64,000 nt of DNA from Eledone cirrhosa (taxonomy: Eukaryota): contig OZ024752.1 of the NCBI GenBank assembly GCA_964016885.1, forward strand, positions 7,626,001 to 7,690,000, written 5' to 3'. Positions 32,801 to 47,800 of the stretch are shown here, piece by piece (the first letter of the stretch is position 1; each line of letters starts with the position of its first letter). A model generated the notes under the pieces. The model had not been told where the DNA came from. It worked only from the letters and a program-made list of their open reading frames with translations, and made no database searches. A program made the translations under genes and the position numbers.

Positions 32801-35800
32801 TGACAGAGACAACAACCTGAAGTAAGAGACAGTAATACAGGGAATAATGTCATGACAGAGACAACAGCCTGAAGTAAGAGACAGTAATACAGGGAATAAT
32901 GCCATGACAGAGACAATAACCTGAAGTAAGAGACAGTAATACAGGGAATAACGCCATGACAGAGACAATAACCTGAAGTAAGAGACAGTAATACAGGGAA
33001 TAACACCATGACAGAGACAATAACCTGAAGTAAGAGACAGTAATACAGGGAATAATGTCATGACAGAGACAACAACCTGAAGTAAGAGACAGTAATACAG
33101 GGAATAATGCCATGACAGAGACAATAACCTGAAGTAAGAGACAGTAATACAGGGAATAATGTCATGACAGAGACAACAACCTGAAGTAAGAGACAGTAAT
33201 ACAGGGAATAATGCCATGACAGAGACAATAACCTGAAGTAAGAGACAGTAATACAGGGAATAACGCCATGACAGAGACAATAACCTGAAGTAAGAGACAG
33301 TAATACAGGGAATAACGCCATGACAGAGACAACAACCTGAAGTAAGAGACAGTAATACAGGGAATAACACCATGACAGAGACAACAGCCTGAAGTAAGAG
33401 ACAGTAATACAGGGAATAACACCATGACAGAGACAACAGCCTGAAGTAAGAGACAGTAATACAGGGAATAACACCATGACAGAGACAATAACCTGAAGTA
33501 AGAGACAGTAATACAGGGAATAATGTCATGACAGAGACAACAACCTGAAGTAAGAGACAGTAATACAGGGAATAACGCCATGACAGAGACAATAACCTGA
33601 AGTAAGAGACAGTAATACAGGGAATAATGCCATGACAGAGACAATAACCTGAAGTAAGAGACAGTAATACAGGGAATAATGTCATGACAGAGACAATAAC
33701 CTGAAGTAAGAGACAGTAATACAGGGAATAATGTCATGACAGAGACAACAACCTGAAGTAAGAGACAGTAATACAGGGAATAACGCCATGACAGAGACAA
33801 TAACCTGAAGTAAGAGACAGTAATACAGGGAATAACACCATGACAGAGACAATAACCTGAAGTAAGAGACAGTAATACAGGGAATAATGTCATGACAGAG
33901 ACAACAACCTGAAGTAAGAGACAGTAATACAGGGAATAACGCCATGACAGAGACAATAACCTGAAGTAAGAGACAGTAATACAGGGAATAATGCCATGAC
34001 AGAGACAACAACCTGAAGTAAGAGACAGTAATACAGGGAATAACACCATGACAGAGACAACAGCCTGAAGTAAGAGACAGTAATACAGGGAATAACACCA
34101 TGACAGAGACAACAGCCTGAAGTAAGAGACAGTAATACAGGGAATAACACCATGACAGAGACAACAACCTGAAGTAAGAGACAGTAATACAGGGAATAAC
34201 GCCATGACAGAGACAACAGCCTGAAGTAAGAGACAGTAATACAGGGAATAACACCATGACAGAGACAACAACCTGAAGTAAGAGACAGTAATACAGGGAA
34301 TAACGCCATGACAGAGACAACAACCTGAAGTAAGAGACAGTAATACAGGGAATAATGTCATGACAGAGACAACAACCTGAAGTAAGAGACAGTAATACAG
34401 GGAATAACGCCATGACAGAGACAACAACCTGAAGTAAGAGACAGTAATACAGGGAATAATGTCATGACAGAGACAATAACCTGAAGTAAGAGACAGTAAT
34501 ACAGGGAATAACGCCATGACAGAGACAACAACCTGAAGTAAGAGACAGTAATACAGGGAATAATGCCATGACAGAGACAACAACCTGAAGTAAGAGACAG
34601 TAATACAGGGAATAATGTCATGACAGAGACAACAACCTGAAGTAAGAGACAGTAATACAGGGAATAATGCCATGACAGAGACAACAACCTGAAGTAAGAG
34701 ACAGTAATACAGGGAATAATGTCATGACAGAGACAACAACCTGAAGTAAGAGACAGTAATACAGGGAATAATGTCATGACAGAGACAACAACCTGAAGTA
34801 AGAGACAGTAATACAGGGAATAACACCATGACAGAGACAACAGCCTGAAGTAAGAGACAGTAATACAGGGAATAACACCATGACAGAGACAACAACCTGA
34901 AGTAAGAGACAGTAATACAGGGAATAACGCCATGACAGAGACAACAGCCTGAAGTAAGAGACAGTAATACAGGGAATAACACCATGACAGAGACAACAAC
35001 CTGAAGTAAGAGACAGTAATACAGGGAATAACGCCATGACAGAGACAACAACCTGAAGTAAGAGACAGTAATACAGGGAATAATGTCATGACAGAGACAA
35101 CAACCTGAAGTAAGAGACAGTAATACAGGGAATAACGCCATGACAGAGACAACAACCTGAAGTAAGAGACAGTAATACAGGGAATAATGTCATGACAGAG
35201 ACAACAACCTGAAGTAAGAGACAGTAATACAGGGAATAATGTCATGACAGAGACAACAACCTGAAGTAAGAGACAGTAATACAGGGAATAATGCCATGAC
35301 AGAGACAACAGCCTGAAGTAAGAGACAGTAATACAGGGAATAATGCCATGACAGAGACAATAACCTGAAGTAAGAGACAGTAATACAGGGAATAATGTCA
35401 TGACAGAGACAACAACCTGAAGTAAGAGACAGTAATACAGGGAATAATGCCATGACAGAGACAACAGCCTGAAGTAAGAGACAGTAATACAGGGAATAAT
35501 GTCATGACAGAGACAACAACCTGAAGTAAGAGACAGTAATACAGGGAATAACGCCATGACAGAGACAACAACCTGAAGTAAGAGACAGTAATACAGGGAA
35601 TAATGCCATGACAGAGACAATAACCTGAAGTAAGAGACAGTAATACAGGGAATAATGCCATGACAGAGACAATAACCTGAAGTAAGAGACAGTAATACAG
35701 GGAATAACGCCATGACAGAGACAACAACCTGAAGTAAGAGACAGTAATACAGGGAATAACGCCATGACAGAGACAATAACCTGAAGTAAGAGACAGTAAT

Positions 35801-38800
35801 ACAGGGAATAATGTCATGACAGAGACAACAACCTGAAGTAAGAGACAGTAATACAGGGAATAACGCCATGACAGAGACAACAACCTGAAGTAAGAGACAG
35901 TAATACAGGGAATAATGCCATGACAGAGACAACAACCTGAAGTAAGAGACAGTAATACAGGGAATAATGCCATGACAGAGACAATAACCTGAAGTAAGAG
36001 ACAGTAATACAGGGAATAATGTCATGACAGAGACAACAACCTGAAGTAAGAGACAGTAATACAGGGAATAACGCCATGACAGAGACAACAACCTGAAGTA
36101 AGAGACAGTAATACAGGGAATAATGCCATGACAGAGACAATAACCTGAAGTAAGAGACAGTAATACAGGGAATAATGTCATGACAGAGACAACAACCTGA
36201 AGTAAGAGACAGTAATACAGGGAATAATGCCATGACAGAGACAACAGCCTGAAGTAAGAGACAGTAATACAGGGAATAATGCCATGACAGAGACAATAAC
36301 CTGAAGTAAGAGACAGTAATACAGGGAATAATGTCATGACAGAGACAACAACCTGAAGTAAGAGACAGTAATACAGGGAATAATGCCATGACAGAGACAA
36401 CAGCCTGAAGTAAGAGACAGTAATACAGGGAATAATGTCATGACAGAGACAACAACCTGAAGTAAGAGACAGTAATACAGGGAATAACGCCATGACAGAG
36501 ACAACAACCTGAAGTAAGAGACAGTAATACAGGGAATAACGTCATGACAGAGACAACAACCTGAAGTAAGAGACAGTAATACAGGGAATAATGTCATGAC
36601 AGAGACAACAACCTGAAGTAAGAGACAGTAATACAGGGAATAACGCCATGACAGAGACAACAACCTGAAGTAAGAGACAGTAATACAGGGAATAATGCCA
36701 TGACAGAGACAATAACCTGAAGTAAGAGACAGTAATACAGGGAATAATGTCATGACAGAGACAACAACCTGAAGTAAGAGACAGTAATACAGGGAATAAC
36801 GCCATGACAGAGACAACAACCTGAAGTAAGAGACAGTAATACAGGGAATAATGCCATGACAGAGACAATAACCTGAAGTAAGAGACAGTAATACAGGGAA
36901 TAATGTCATGACAGAGACAACAACCTGAAGTAAGAGACAGTAATACAGGGAATAACGCCATGACAGAGACAACAACCTGAAGTAAGAGACAGTAATACAG
37001 GGAATAACGTCATGACAGAGACAACAACCTGAAGTAAGAGACAGTAATACAGGGAATAATGCCATGACAGAGACAACAACCTGAAGTAAGAGACAGTAAT
37101 ACAGGGAATAATGTCATGACAGAGACAACAACCTGAAGTAAGAGACAGTAATACAGGGAATAACGCCATGACAGAGACAACAACCTGAAGTAAGAGACAG
37201 TAATACAGGGAATAACACCATGACAGAGACAACAGCCTGAAGTAAGAGACAGTAATACAGGGAATAATGTCATGACAGAGACAACAACCTGAAGTAAGAG
37301 ACAGTAATACAGGGAATAATGTCATGACAGAGACAACAACCTGAAGTAAGAGACAGTAATACAGGGAATAACGCCATGACAGAGACAACAACCTGAAGTA
37401 AGAGACAGTAATACAGGGAATAACGTCATGACAGAGACAACAACCTGAAGTAAGAGACAGTAATACAGGGAATAATGCCATGACAGAGACAACAACCTGA
37501 AGTAAGAGACAGTAATACAGGGAATAACACCATGACAGAGACAACAGCCTGAAGTAAGAGACAGTAATACAGGGAATAATGTCATGACAGAGACAACAAC
37601 CTGAAGTAAGAGACAGTAATACAGGGAATAATGTCATGACAGAGACAACAACCTGAAGTAAGAGACAGTAATACAGGGAATAATGTCATGACAGAGACAA
37701 CAACCTGAAGTAAGAGACAGTAATACAGGGAATAACGCCATGACAGAGACAACAACCTGAAGTAAGAGACAGTAATACAGGGAATAACACCATGACAGAG
37801 ACAACAACCTGAAGTAAGAGACAGTAATACAGGGAATAATGTCATGACAGAGACAACAACCTGAAGTAAGAGACAGTAATACAGGGAATAACGCCATGAC
37901 AGAGACAACAACCTGAAGTAAGAGACAGTAATACAGGGAATAACGCCATGACAGAGACAACAACCTGAAGTAAGAGACAGTAATACAGGGAATAATGTCA
38001 TGACAGAGACAATAACCTGAAGTAAGAGACAGTAATACAGGGAATAATGTCATGACAGAGACAACAACCTGAAGTAAGAGACAGTAATACAGGGAATAAC
38101 GCCATGACAGAGACAACAACCTGAAGTAAGAGACAGTAATACAGGGAATAATGTCATGACAGAGACAACAACCTGAAGTAAGAGACAGTAATACAGGGAA
38201 TAATGTCATGACAGAGACAACAACCTGAAGTAAGAGACAGTAATACAGGGAATAATGTCATGACAGAGACAATAACCTGAAGTAAGAGACAGTAATACAG
38301 GGAATAATGTCATGACAGAGACAACAACCTGAAGTAAGAGACAGTAATACAGGGAATAACGCCATGACAGAGACAACAACCTGAAGTAAGAGACAGTAAT
38401 ACAGGGAATAATGCCATGACAGAGACAACAACCTGAAGTAAGAGACAGTAATACAGGGAATAATGTCATGACAGAGACAACAACCTGAAGTAAGAGTCAG
38501 TAATACAGGGAATAATGTCATGACAGAGACAACAACCTGAAGTAAGAGACAGTAATACAGGGAATAATGCCATGACAGAGACAATAACCTGAAGTAAGAG
38601 ACAGTAATACAGGGAATAATGTCATGACAGAGACAACAACCTGAAGTAAGAGACAGTAATACAGGGAATAATGTCATGACAGAGACAACAACCTGAAGTA
38701 AGAGACAGTAATACAGGGAATAACGCCATGACAGAGACAACAACCTGAAGTAAGAGACAGTAATACAGGGAATAACGCCATGACAGAGACAACAGCCTGA

Positions 38801-41800
38801 AGTAAGAGACAGTAATACAGGGAATAATGTCATGACAGAGACAACAACCTGAAGTAAGAGACAGTAATACAGGGAATAATGTCATGACAGAGACAACAAC
38901 CTGAAGTAAGAGACAGTAATACAGGGAATAATGTCATGACAGAGACAACAACCTGAAGTAAGAGACAGTAATACAGGGAATAATGTCATGACAGAGACAA
39001 CAACCTGAAGTAAGAGACAGTAATACAGGGAATAACGCCATGACAGAGACAACAACCTGAAGTAAGAGACAGTAATACAGGGAATAACGCCATGACAGAG
39101 ACAACAGCCTGAAGTAAGAGACAGTAATACAGGGAATAATGTCATGACAGAGACAACAACCTGAAGTAAGAGACAGTAATACAGGGAATAATGTCATGAC
39201 AGAGACAACAACCTGAAGTAAGAGACAGTAATACAGGGAATAATGTCATGACAGAGACAACAACCTGAAGTAAGAGACAGTAATACAGGGAATAATGTCA
39301 TGACAGAGACAACAACCTGAAGTAAGAGACAGTAATACAGGGAATAATGCCATGACAGAGACAATAACCTGAAGTAAGAGACAGTAATACAGGGAATAAT
39401 GCCATGACAGAGACAACAACCTGAAGTAAGAGACAGTAATACAGGGAATAATGTCATGACAGAGACAACAACCTGAAGTAAGAGACAGTAATACAGGGAA
39501 TAACGCCATGACAGAGACAACAACCTGAAGTAAGAGACAGTAATACAGGGAATAATGCCATGACAGAGACAACAACCTGAAGTAAGAGACAGTAATACAG
39601 GGAATAATGTCATGACAGAGACAACAACCTGAAGTAAGAGACAGTAATACAGGGAATAATGTCATGACAGAGACAACAACCTGAAGTAAGAGACAGTAAT
39701 ACAGGGAATAACGCCATGACAGAGACAACAACCTGAAGTAAGAGACAGTAATACAGGGAATAATGCCATGACAGAGACAACAACCTGAAGTAAGAGACAG
39801 TAATACAGGGAATAATGTCATGACAGAGACAACAACCTGAAGTAAGAGACAGTAATACAGGGAATAATGTCATGACAGAGACAACAACCTGAAGTAAGAG
39901 ACAGTAATACAGGGAATAATGCCATGACAGAGACAATAACCTGAAGTAAGAGACAGTAATACAGGGAATAATGTCATGACAGAGACAACAACCTGAAGTA
40001 AGAGACAGTAATACAGGGAATAATGTCATGACAGAGACAACAACCTGAAGTAAGAGACAGTAATACAGGGAATAATGTCATGACAGAGACAACAACCTGA
40101 AGTAAGAGACAGTAATACAGGGAATAATGTCATGACAGAGACAACAACCTGAAGTAAGAGACAGTAATACAGGGAATAATGCCATGACAGAGACAATAAC
40201 CTGAAGTAAGAGACAGTAATACAGGGAATAATGCCATGACAGAGACAACAACCTGAAGTAAGAGACAGTAATACAGGGAATAATGTCATGACAGAGACAA
40301 CAACCTGAAGTAAGAGACAGTAATACAGGGAATAACGCCATGACAGAGACAACAACCTGAAGTAAGAGACAGTAATACAGGGAATAATGCCATGACAGAG
40401 ACAACAACCTGAAGTAAGAGACAGTAATACAGGGAATAATGTCATGACAGAGACAACAACCTGAAGTAAGAGACAGTAATACAGGGAATAATGTCATGAC
40501 AGAGACAACAACCTGAAGTAAGAGACAGTAATACAGGGAATAATGCCATGACAGAGACAATAACCTGAAGTAAGAGACAGTAATACAGGGAATAATGTCA
40601 TGACAGAGACAACAACCTGAAGTAAGAGACAGTAATACAGGGAATAATGTCATGACAGAGACAACAACCTGAAGTAAGAGACAGTAATACAGGGAATAAC
40701 GCCATGACAGAGACAACAACCTGAAGTAAGAGACAGTAATACAGGGAATAATGTCATGACAGAGACAACAACCTGAAGTAAGAGACAGTAATACAGGGAA
40801 TAATGTCATGACAGAGACAACAACCTGAAGTAAGAGACAGTAATACAGGGAATAATGCCATGACAGAGACAATAACCTGAAGTAAGAGACAGTAATACAG
40901 GGAATAATGCCATGACAGAGACAACAACCTGAAGTAAGAGACAGTAATACAGGGAATAATGTCATGACAGAGACAACAACCTGAAGTAAGAGACAGTAAT
41001 ACAGGGAATAACGCCATGACAGAGACAACAACCTGAAGTAAGAGACAGTAATACAGGGAATAACACCATGACAGAGACAACAGCCTGAAGTAAGAGACAG
41101 TAATACAGGGAATAACACCATGACAGAGACAACAACCTGAAGTAAGAGACAGTAATACAGGGAATAACGCCATGACAGAGACAACAACCTGAAGTAAGAG
41201 ACAGTAATACAGGGAATAATGTCATGACAGAGACAACAACCTGAAGTAAGAGACAGTAATACAGGGAATAATGTCATGACAGAGACAACAACCTGAAGTA
41301 AGAGACAGTAATACAGGGAATAATGCCATGACAGAGACAATAACCTGAAGTAAGAGACAGTAATACAGGGAATAATGTCATGACAGAGACAACAACCTGA
41401 AGTAAGAGACAGTAATACAGGGAATAACGCCATGACAGAGACAACAACCTGAAGTAAGAGACAGTAATACAGGGAATAATGCCATGACAGAGACAATAAC
41501 CTGAAGTAAGAGACAGTAATACAGGGAATGACGCCATGACAGAGACAACAACCTGAAGTAAGAGACAGTAATACAGGGAATAACGCCATGACAGAGACAA
41601 CAACCTGAAGAGAGAGACAGTAATACAGGGAATAATGTCATGACAGAGACAACAACCTGAAGTAAGAGACAGTAATACAGGGAATAATGTCATGACAGAG
41701 ACAACAACCTGAAGTAAGAGACAGTAATACAGGGAATAATGCCATGACAGAGACAATAACCTGAAGTAAGAGACAGTAATACAGGGAATAATGTCATGAC

Positions 41801-44800
41801 AGAGACAACAACCTGAAGTAAGAGACAGTAATACAGGGAATAACGCCATGACAGAGACAACAACCTGAAGTAAGAGACAGTAATACAGGGAATAATGCCA
41901 TGACAGAGACAATAACCTGAAGTAAGAGACAGTAATACAGGGAATAATGTCATGACAGAGACAACAACCTGAAGTAAGAGACAGTAATACAGGGAATAAC
42001 GCCATGACAGAGACAACAACCTGAAGTAAGAGACAGTAATACAGGGAATAATGTCATGACAGAGACAATAACCTGAAGTAAGAGACAGTAATACAGGGAA
42101 TAATGTCATGACAAAGACAACAGCCTGAAGTAAGAGACAGTAATACAGGGAATAACGCCATGACAGAGACAACAACCTGAAGTAAGAGACAGTAATACAG
42201 GGAATAATGCCATGACAGAGACAATAACCTGAAGTAAGAGACAGTAATACAGGGAATAATGCCATGACAGAGACAACAACCTGAAGTAAGAGACAGTAAT
42301 ACAGGGAATAATGTCATGACAGAGACAACAACCTGAAGTAAGAGACAGTAATACAGGGAATAACGCCATGACAGAGACAACAACCTGAAGTAAGAGACAG
42401 TAATACAGGGAATAATGCCATGACAGAGACAATAACCTGAAGTAAGAGACAGTAATACAGGGAATAATGCCATGACAGAGACAACAACCTGAAGTAAGAG
42501 ACAGTAATACAGGGAATAATGTCATGACAGAGACAACAACCTGAAGTAAGAGACAGTAATACAGGGAATAACGCCATGACAGAGACAACAACCTGAAGTA
42601 AGAGACAGTAATACAGGGAATAATGTCATGACAGAGACAACAACCTGAAGTAAGAGACAGTAATACAGGGAATAATGCCATGACAGAGACAATAACCTGA
42701 AGTAAGAGACAGTAATACAGGGAATAATGTCATGACAGAGACAACAACCTGAAGTAAGAGACAGTAATACAGGGAATAATGCCATGACAGAGACAATAAC
42801 CTGAAGTAAGAGACAGTAATACAGGGAATAATGCCATGACAGAGACAACAACCTGAAGTAAGAGACAGTAATACAGGGAATAATGCCATGACAGAGACAA
42901 CAACCTGAAGTAAGAGACAGTAATACAGGGAATAATGTCATGACAGAGACAACAACCTGAAGTAAGAGACAGTAATACAGGGAATAATGTCATGACAGAG
43001 ACAACAACCTGAAGTAAGAGACAGTAATACAGGGAATAATGTCATGACAGAGACAACAACCTGAAGTAAGAGACAGTAATACAGGGAATAATGTCATGAC
43101 AGAGACAACAACCTGAAGTAAGAGACAGTAATACAGGGAATAATGTCATGACAGAGACAACAACCTGAAGTAAGAGACAGTAATACAGGGAATAATGTCA
43201 TGACAGAGACAACAACCTGAAGTAAGAGACAGTAATACAGGGAATAATGTCATGACAGAGACAACAACCTGAAGTAAGAGACAGTAATACAGGGAATAAT
43301 GTCATGACAGAGACAACAGCCTGAAGTAAGAGACAGTAATACAGGGAATAATGTCATGACAGAGACAACAACCTGAAGTAAGAGACAGTAATACAGGGAA
43401 TAATGTCATGACAGAGACAACAACCTGAAGTAAGAGACAGTAATACAGGGAATAATGTCATGACAGAGACAACAACCTGAAGTAAGAGACAGTAATACAG
43501 GGAATAATGTCATGACAGAGACAACAACCTGAAGTAAGAGACAGTAATACAGGGAATAATGCCATGACAGAGACAATAACCTGAAGTAAGAGACAGTAAT
43601 ACAGGGAATAATGCCATGACAGAGACAACAACCTGAAGTAAGAGACAGTAATACAGGGAATAATGTCATGACAGAGACAACAACCTGAAGTAAGAGACAG
43701 TAATACAGGGAATAACGCCATGACAGAGACAACAACCTGAAGTAAGAGACAGTAATACAGGGAATAATGCCATGACAGAGACAACAACCTGAAGTAAGAG
43801 ACAGTAATACAGGGAATAATGTCATGACAGAGACAACAACCTGAAGTAAGAGACAGTAATACAGGGAATAATGTCATGACAGAGACAACAACCTGAAGTA
43901 AGAGACAGTAATACAGGGAATAACGCCATGACAGAGACAACAACCTGAAGTAAGAGACAGTAATACAGGGAATAATGCCATGACAGAGACAACAACCTGA
44001 AGTAAGAGACAGTAATACAGGGAATAATGTCATGACAGAGACAACAACCTGAAGTAAGAGACAGTAATACAGGGAATAATGTCATGACAGAGACAACAAC
44101 CTGAAGTAAGAGACAGTAATACAGGGAATAATGCCATGACAGAGACAATAACCTGAAGTAAGAGACAGTAATACAGGGAATAATGTCATGACAGAGACAA
44201 CAACCTGAAGTAAGAGACAGTAATACAGGGAATAATGTCATGACAGAGACAACAACCTGAAGTAAGAGACAGTAATACAGGGAATAATGTCATGACAGAG
44301 ACAACAACCTGAAGTAAGAGACAGTAATACAGGGAATAATGTCATGACAGAGACAACAACCTGAAGTAAGAGACAGTAATACAGGGAATAATGCCATGAC
44401 AGAGACAATAACCTGAAGTAAGAGACAGTAATACAGGGAATAATGCCATGACAGAGACAACAACCTGAAGTAAGAGACAGTAATACAGGGAATAATGTCA
44501 TGACAGAGACAACAACCTGAAGTAAGAGACAGTAATACAGGGAATAACGCCATGACAGAGACAACAACCTGAAGTAAGAGACAGTAATACAGGGAATAAT
44601 GCCATGACAGAGACAACAACCTGAAGTAAGAGACAGTAATACAGGGAATAATGTCATGACAGAGACAACAACCTGAAGTAAGAGACAGTAATACAGGGAA
44701 TAATGTCATGACAGAGACAACAACCTGAAGTAAGAGACAGTAATACAGGGAATAATGCCATGACAGAGACAATAACCTGAAGTAAGAGACAGTAATACAG

Positions 44801-47800
44801 GGAATAATGTCATGACAGAGACAACAACCTGAAGTAAGAGACAGTAATACAGGGAATAATGTCATGACAGAGACAACAACCTGAAGTAAGAGACAGTAAT
44901 ACAGGGAATAACGCCATGACAGAGACAACAACCTGAAGTAAGAGACAGTAATACAGGGAATAATGTCATGACAGAGACAACAACCTGAAGTAAGAGACAG
45001 TAATACAGGGAATAATGTCATGACAGAGACAACAACCTGAAGTAAGAGACAGTAATACAGGGAATAATGCCATGACAGAGACAATAACCTGAAGTAAGAG
45101 ACAGTAATACAGGGAATAATGCCATGACAGAGACAACAACCTGAAGTAAGAGACAGTAATACAGGGAATAATGTCATGACAGAGACAACAACCTGAAGTA
45201 AGAGACAGTAATACAGGGAATAACGCCATGACAGAGACAACAACCTGAAGTAAGAGACAGTAATACAGGGAATAACACCATGACAGAGACAACAGCCTGA
45301 AGTAAGAGACAGTAATACAGGGAATAACACCATGACAGAGACAACAACCTGAAGTAAGAGACAGTAATACAGGGAATAACGCCATGACAGAGACAACAAC
45401 CTGAAGTAAGAGACAGTAATACAGGGAATAATGTCATGACAGAGACAACAACCTGAAGTAAGAGACAGTAATACAGGGAATAATGTCATGACAGAGACAA
45501 CAACCTGAAGTAAGAGACAGTAATACAGGGAATAATGCCATGACAGAGACAATAACCTGAAGTAAGAGACAGTAATACAGGGAATAATGTCATGACAGAG
45601 ACAACAACCTGAAGTAAGAGACAGTAATACAGGGAATAACGCCATGACAGAGACAACAACCTGAAGTAAGAGACAGTAATACAGGGAATAATGCCATGAC
45701 AGAGACAATAACCTGAAGTAAGAGACAGTAATACAGGGAATAACGCCATGACAGAGACAACAACCTGAAGTAAGAGACAGTAATACAGGGAATAACGCCA
45801 TGACAGAGACAACAACCTGAAGTAAGAGACAGTAATACAGGGAATAATGTCATGACAGAGACAACAACCTGAAGTAAGAGACAGTAATACAGGGAATAAT
45901 GTCATGACAGAGACAACAACCTGAAGTAAGAGACAGTAATACAGGGAATAATGCCATGACAGAGACAATAACCTGAAGTAAGAGACAGTAATACAGGGAA
46001 TAATGTCATGACAGAGACAACAACCTGAAGTAAGAGACAGTAATACAGGGAATAACGCCATGACAGAGACAACAACCTGAAGTAAGAGACAGTAATACAG
46101 GGAATAATGCCATGACAGAGACAATAACCTGAAGTAAGAGACAGTAATACAGGGAATAATGTCATGACAGAGACAACAACCTGAAGTAAGAGACAGTAAT
46201 ACAGGGAATAACGCCATGACAGAGACAACAACCTGAAGTAAGAGACAGTAATACAGGGAATAATGTCATGACAGAGACAATAACCTGAAGTAAGAGACAG
46301 TAATACAGGGAATAATGTCATGACAAAGACAACAGCCTGAAGTAAGAGACAGTAATACAGGGAATAACGCCATGACAGAGACAACAACCTGAAGTAAGAG
46401 ACAGTAATACAGGGAATAATGCCATGACAGAGACAATAACCTGAAGTAAGAGACAGTAATACAGGGAATAATGCCATGACAGAGACAACAACCTGAAGTA
46501 AGAGACAGTAATACAGGGAATAATGTCATGACAGAGACAACAACCTGAAGTAAGAGACAGTAATACAGGGAATAACGCCATGACAGAGACAACAACCTGA
46601 AGTAAGAGACAGTAATACAGGGAATAATGCCATGACAGAGACAATAACCTGAAGTAAGAGACAGTAATACAGGGAATAATGCCATGACAGAGACAACAAC
46701 CTGAAGTAAGAGACAGTAATACAGGGAATAATGTCATGACAGAGACAACAACCTGAAGTAAGAGACAGTAATACAGGGAATAACGCCATGACAGAGACAA
46801 CAACCTGAAGTAAGAGACAGTAATACAGGGAATAATGTCATGACAGAGACAACAACCTGAAGTAAGAGACAGTAATACAGGGAATAATGCCATGACAGAG
46901 ACAATAACCTGAAGTAAGAGACAGTAATACAGGGAATAATGTCATGACAGAGACAACAACCTGAAGTAAGAGACAGTAATACAGGGAATAATGCCATGAC
47001 AGAGACAATAACCTGAAGTAAGAGACAGTAATACAGGGAATAATGCCATGACAGAGACAACAACCTGAAGTAAGAGACAGTAATACAGGGAATAATGCCA
47101 TGACAGAGACAACAACCTGAAGTAAGAGACAGTAATACAGGGAATAATGTCATGACAGAGACAACAACCTGAAGTAAGAGACAGTAATACAGGGAATAAT
47201 GTCATGACAGAGACAACAACCTGAAGTAAGAGACAGTAATACAGGGAATAATGTCATGACAGAGACAACAACCTGAAGTAAGAGACAGTAATACAGGGAA
47301 TAATGTCATGACAGAGACAACAACCTGAAGTAAGAGACAGTAATACAGGGAATAATGTCATGACAGAGACAACAACCTGAAGTAAGAGACAGTAATACAG
47401 GGAATAATGTCATGACAGAGACAACAACCTGAAGTAAGAGACAGTAATACAGGGAATAATGTCATGACAGAGACAACAACCTGAAGTAAGAGACAGTAAT
47501 ACAGGGAATAATGTCATGACAGAGACAACAACCTGAAGTAAGAGACAGTAATACAGGGAATAACGCCATGACAGAGACAACAACCTGAAGTAAGAGACAG
47601 TAATACAGGGAATAACGCCATGACAGAGACAACAACCTGAAGTAAGAGACAGTAATACAGGGAATAATGTCATGACAGAGACAACAGCCTGAAGTAAGAG
47701 ACAGTAATACAGGGAATAATGCCATGACAGAGACAACAACCTGAAGTAAGAGACAGTAATACAGGGAATAATGTCATGACAGAGACAACAACCTGAAGTA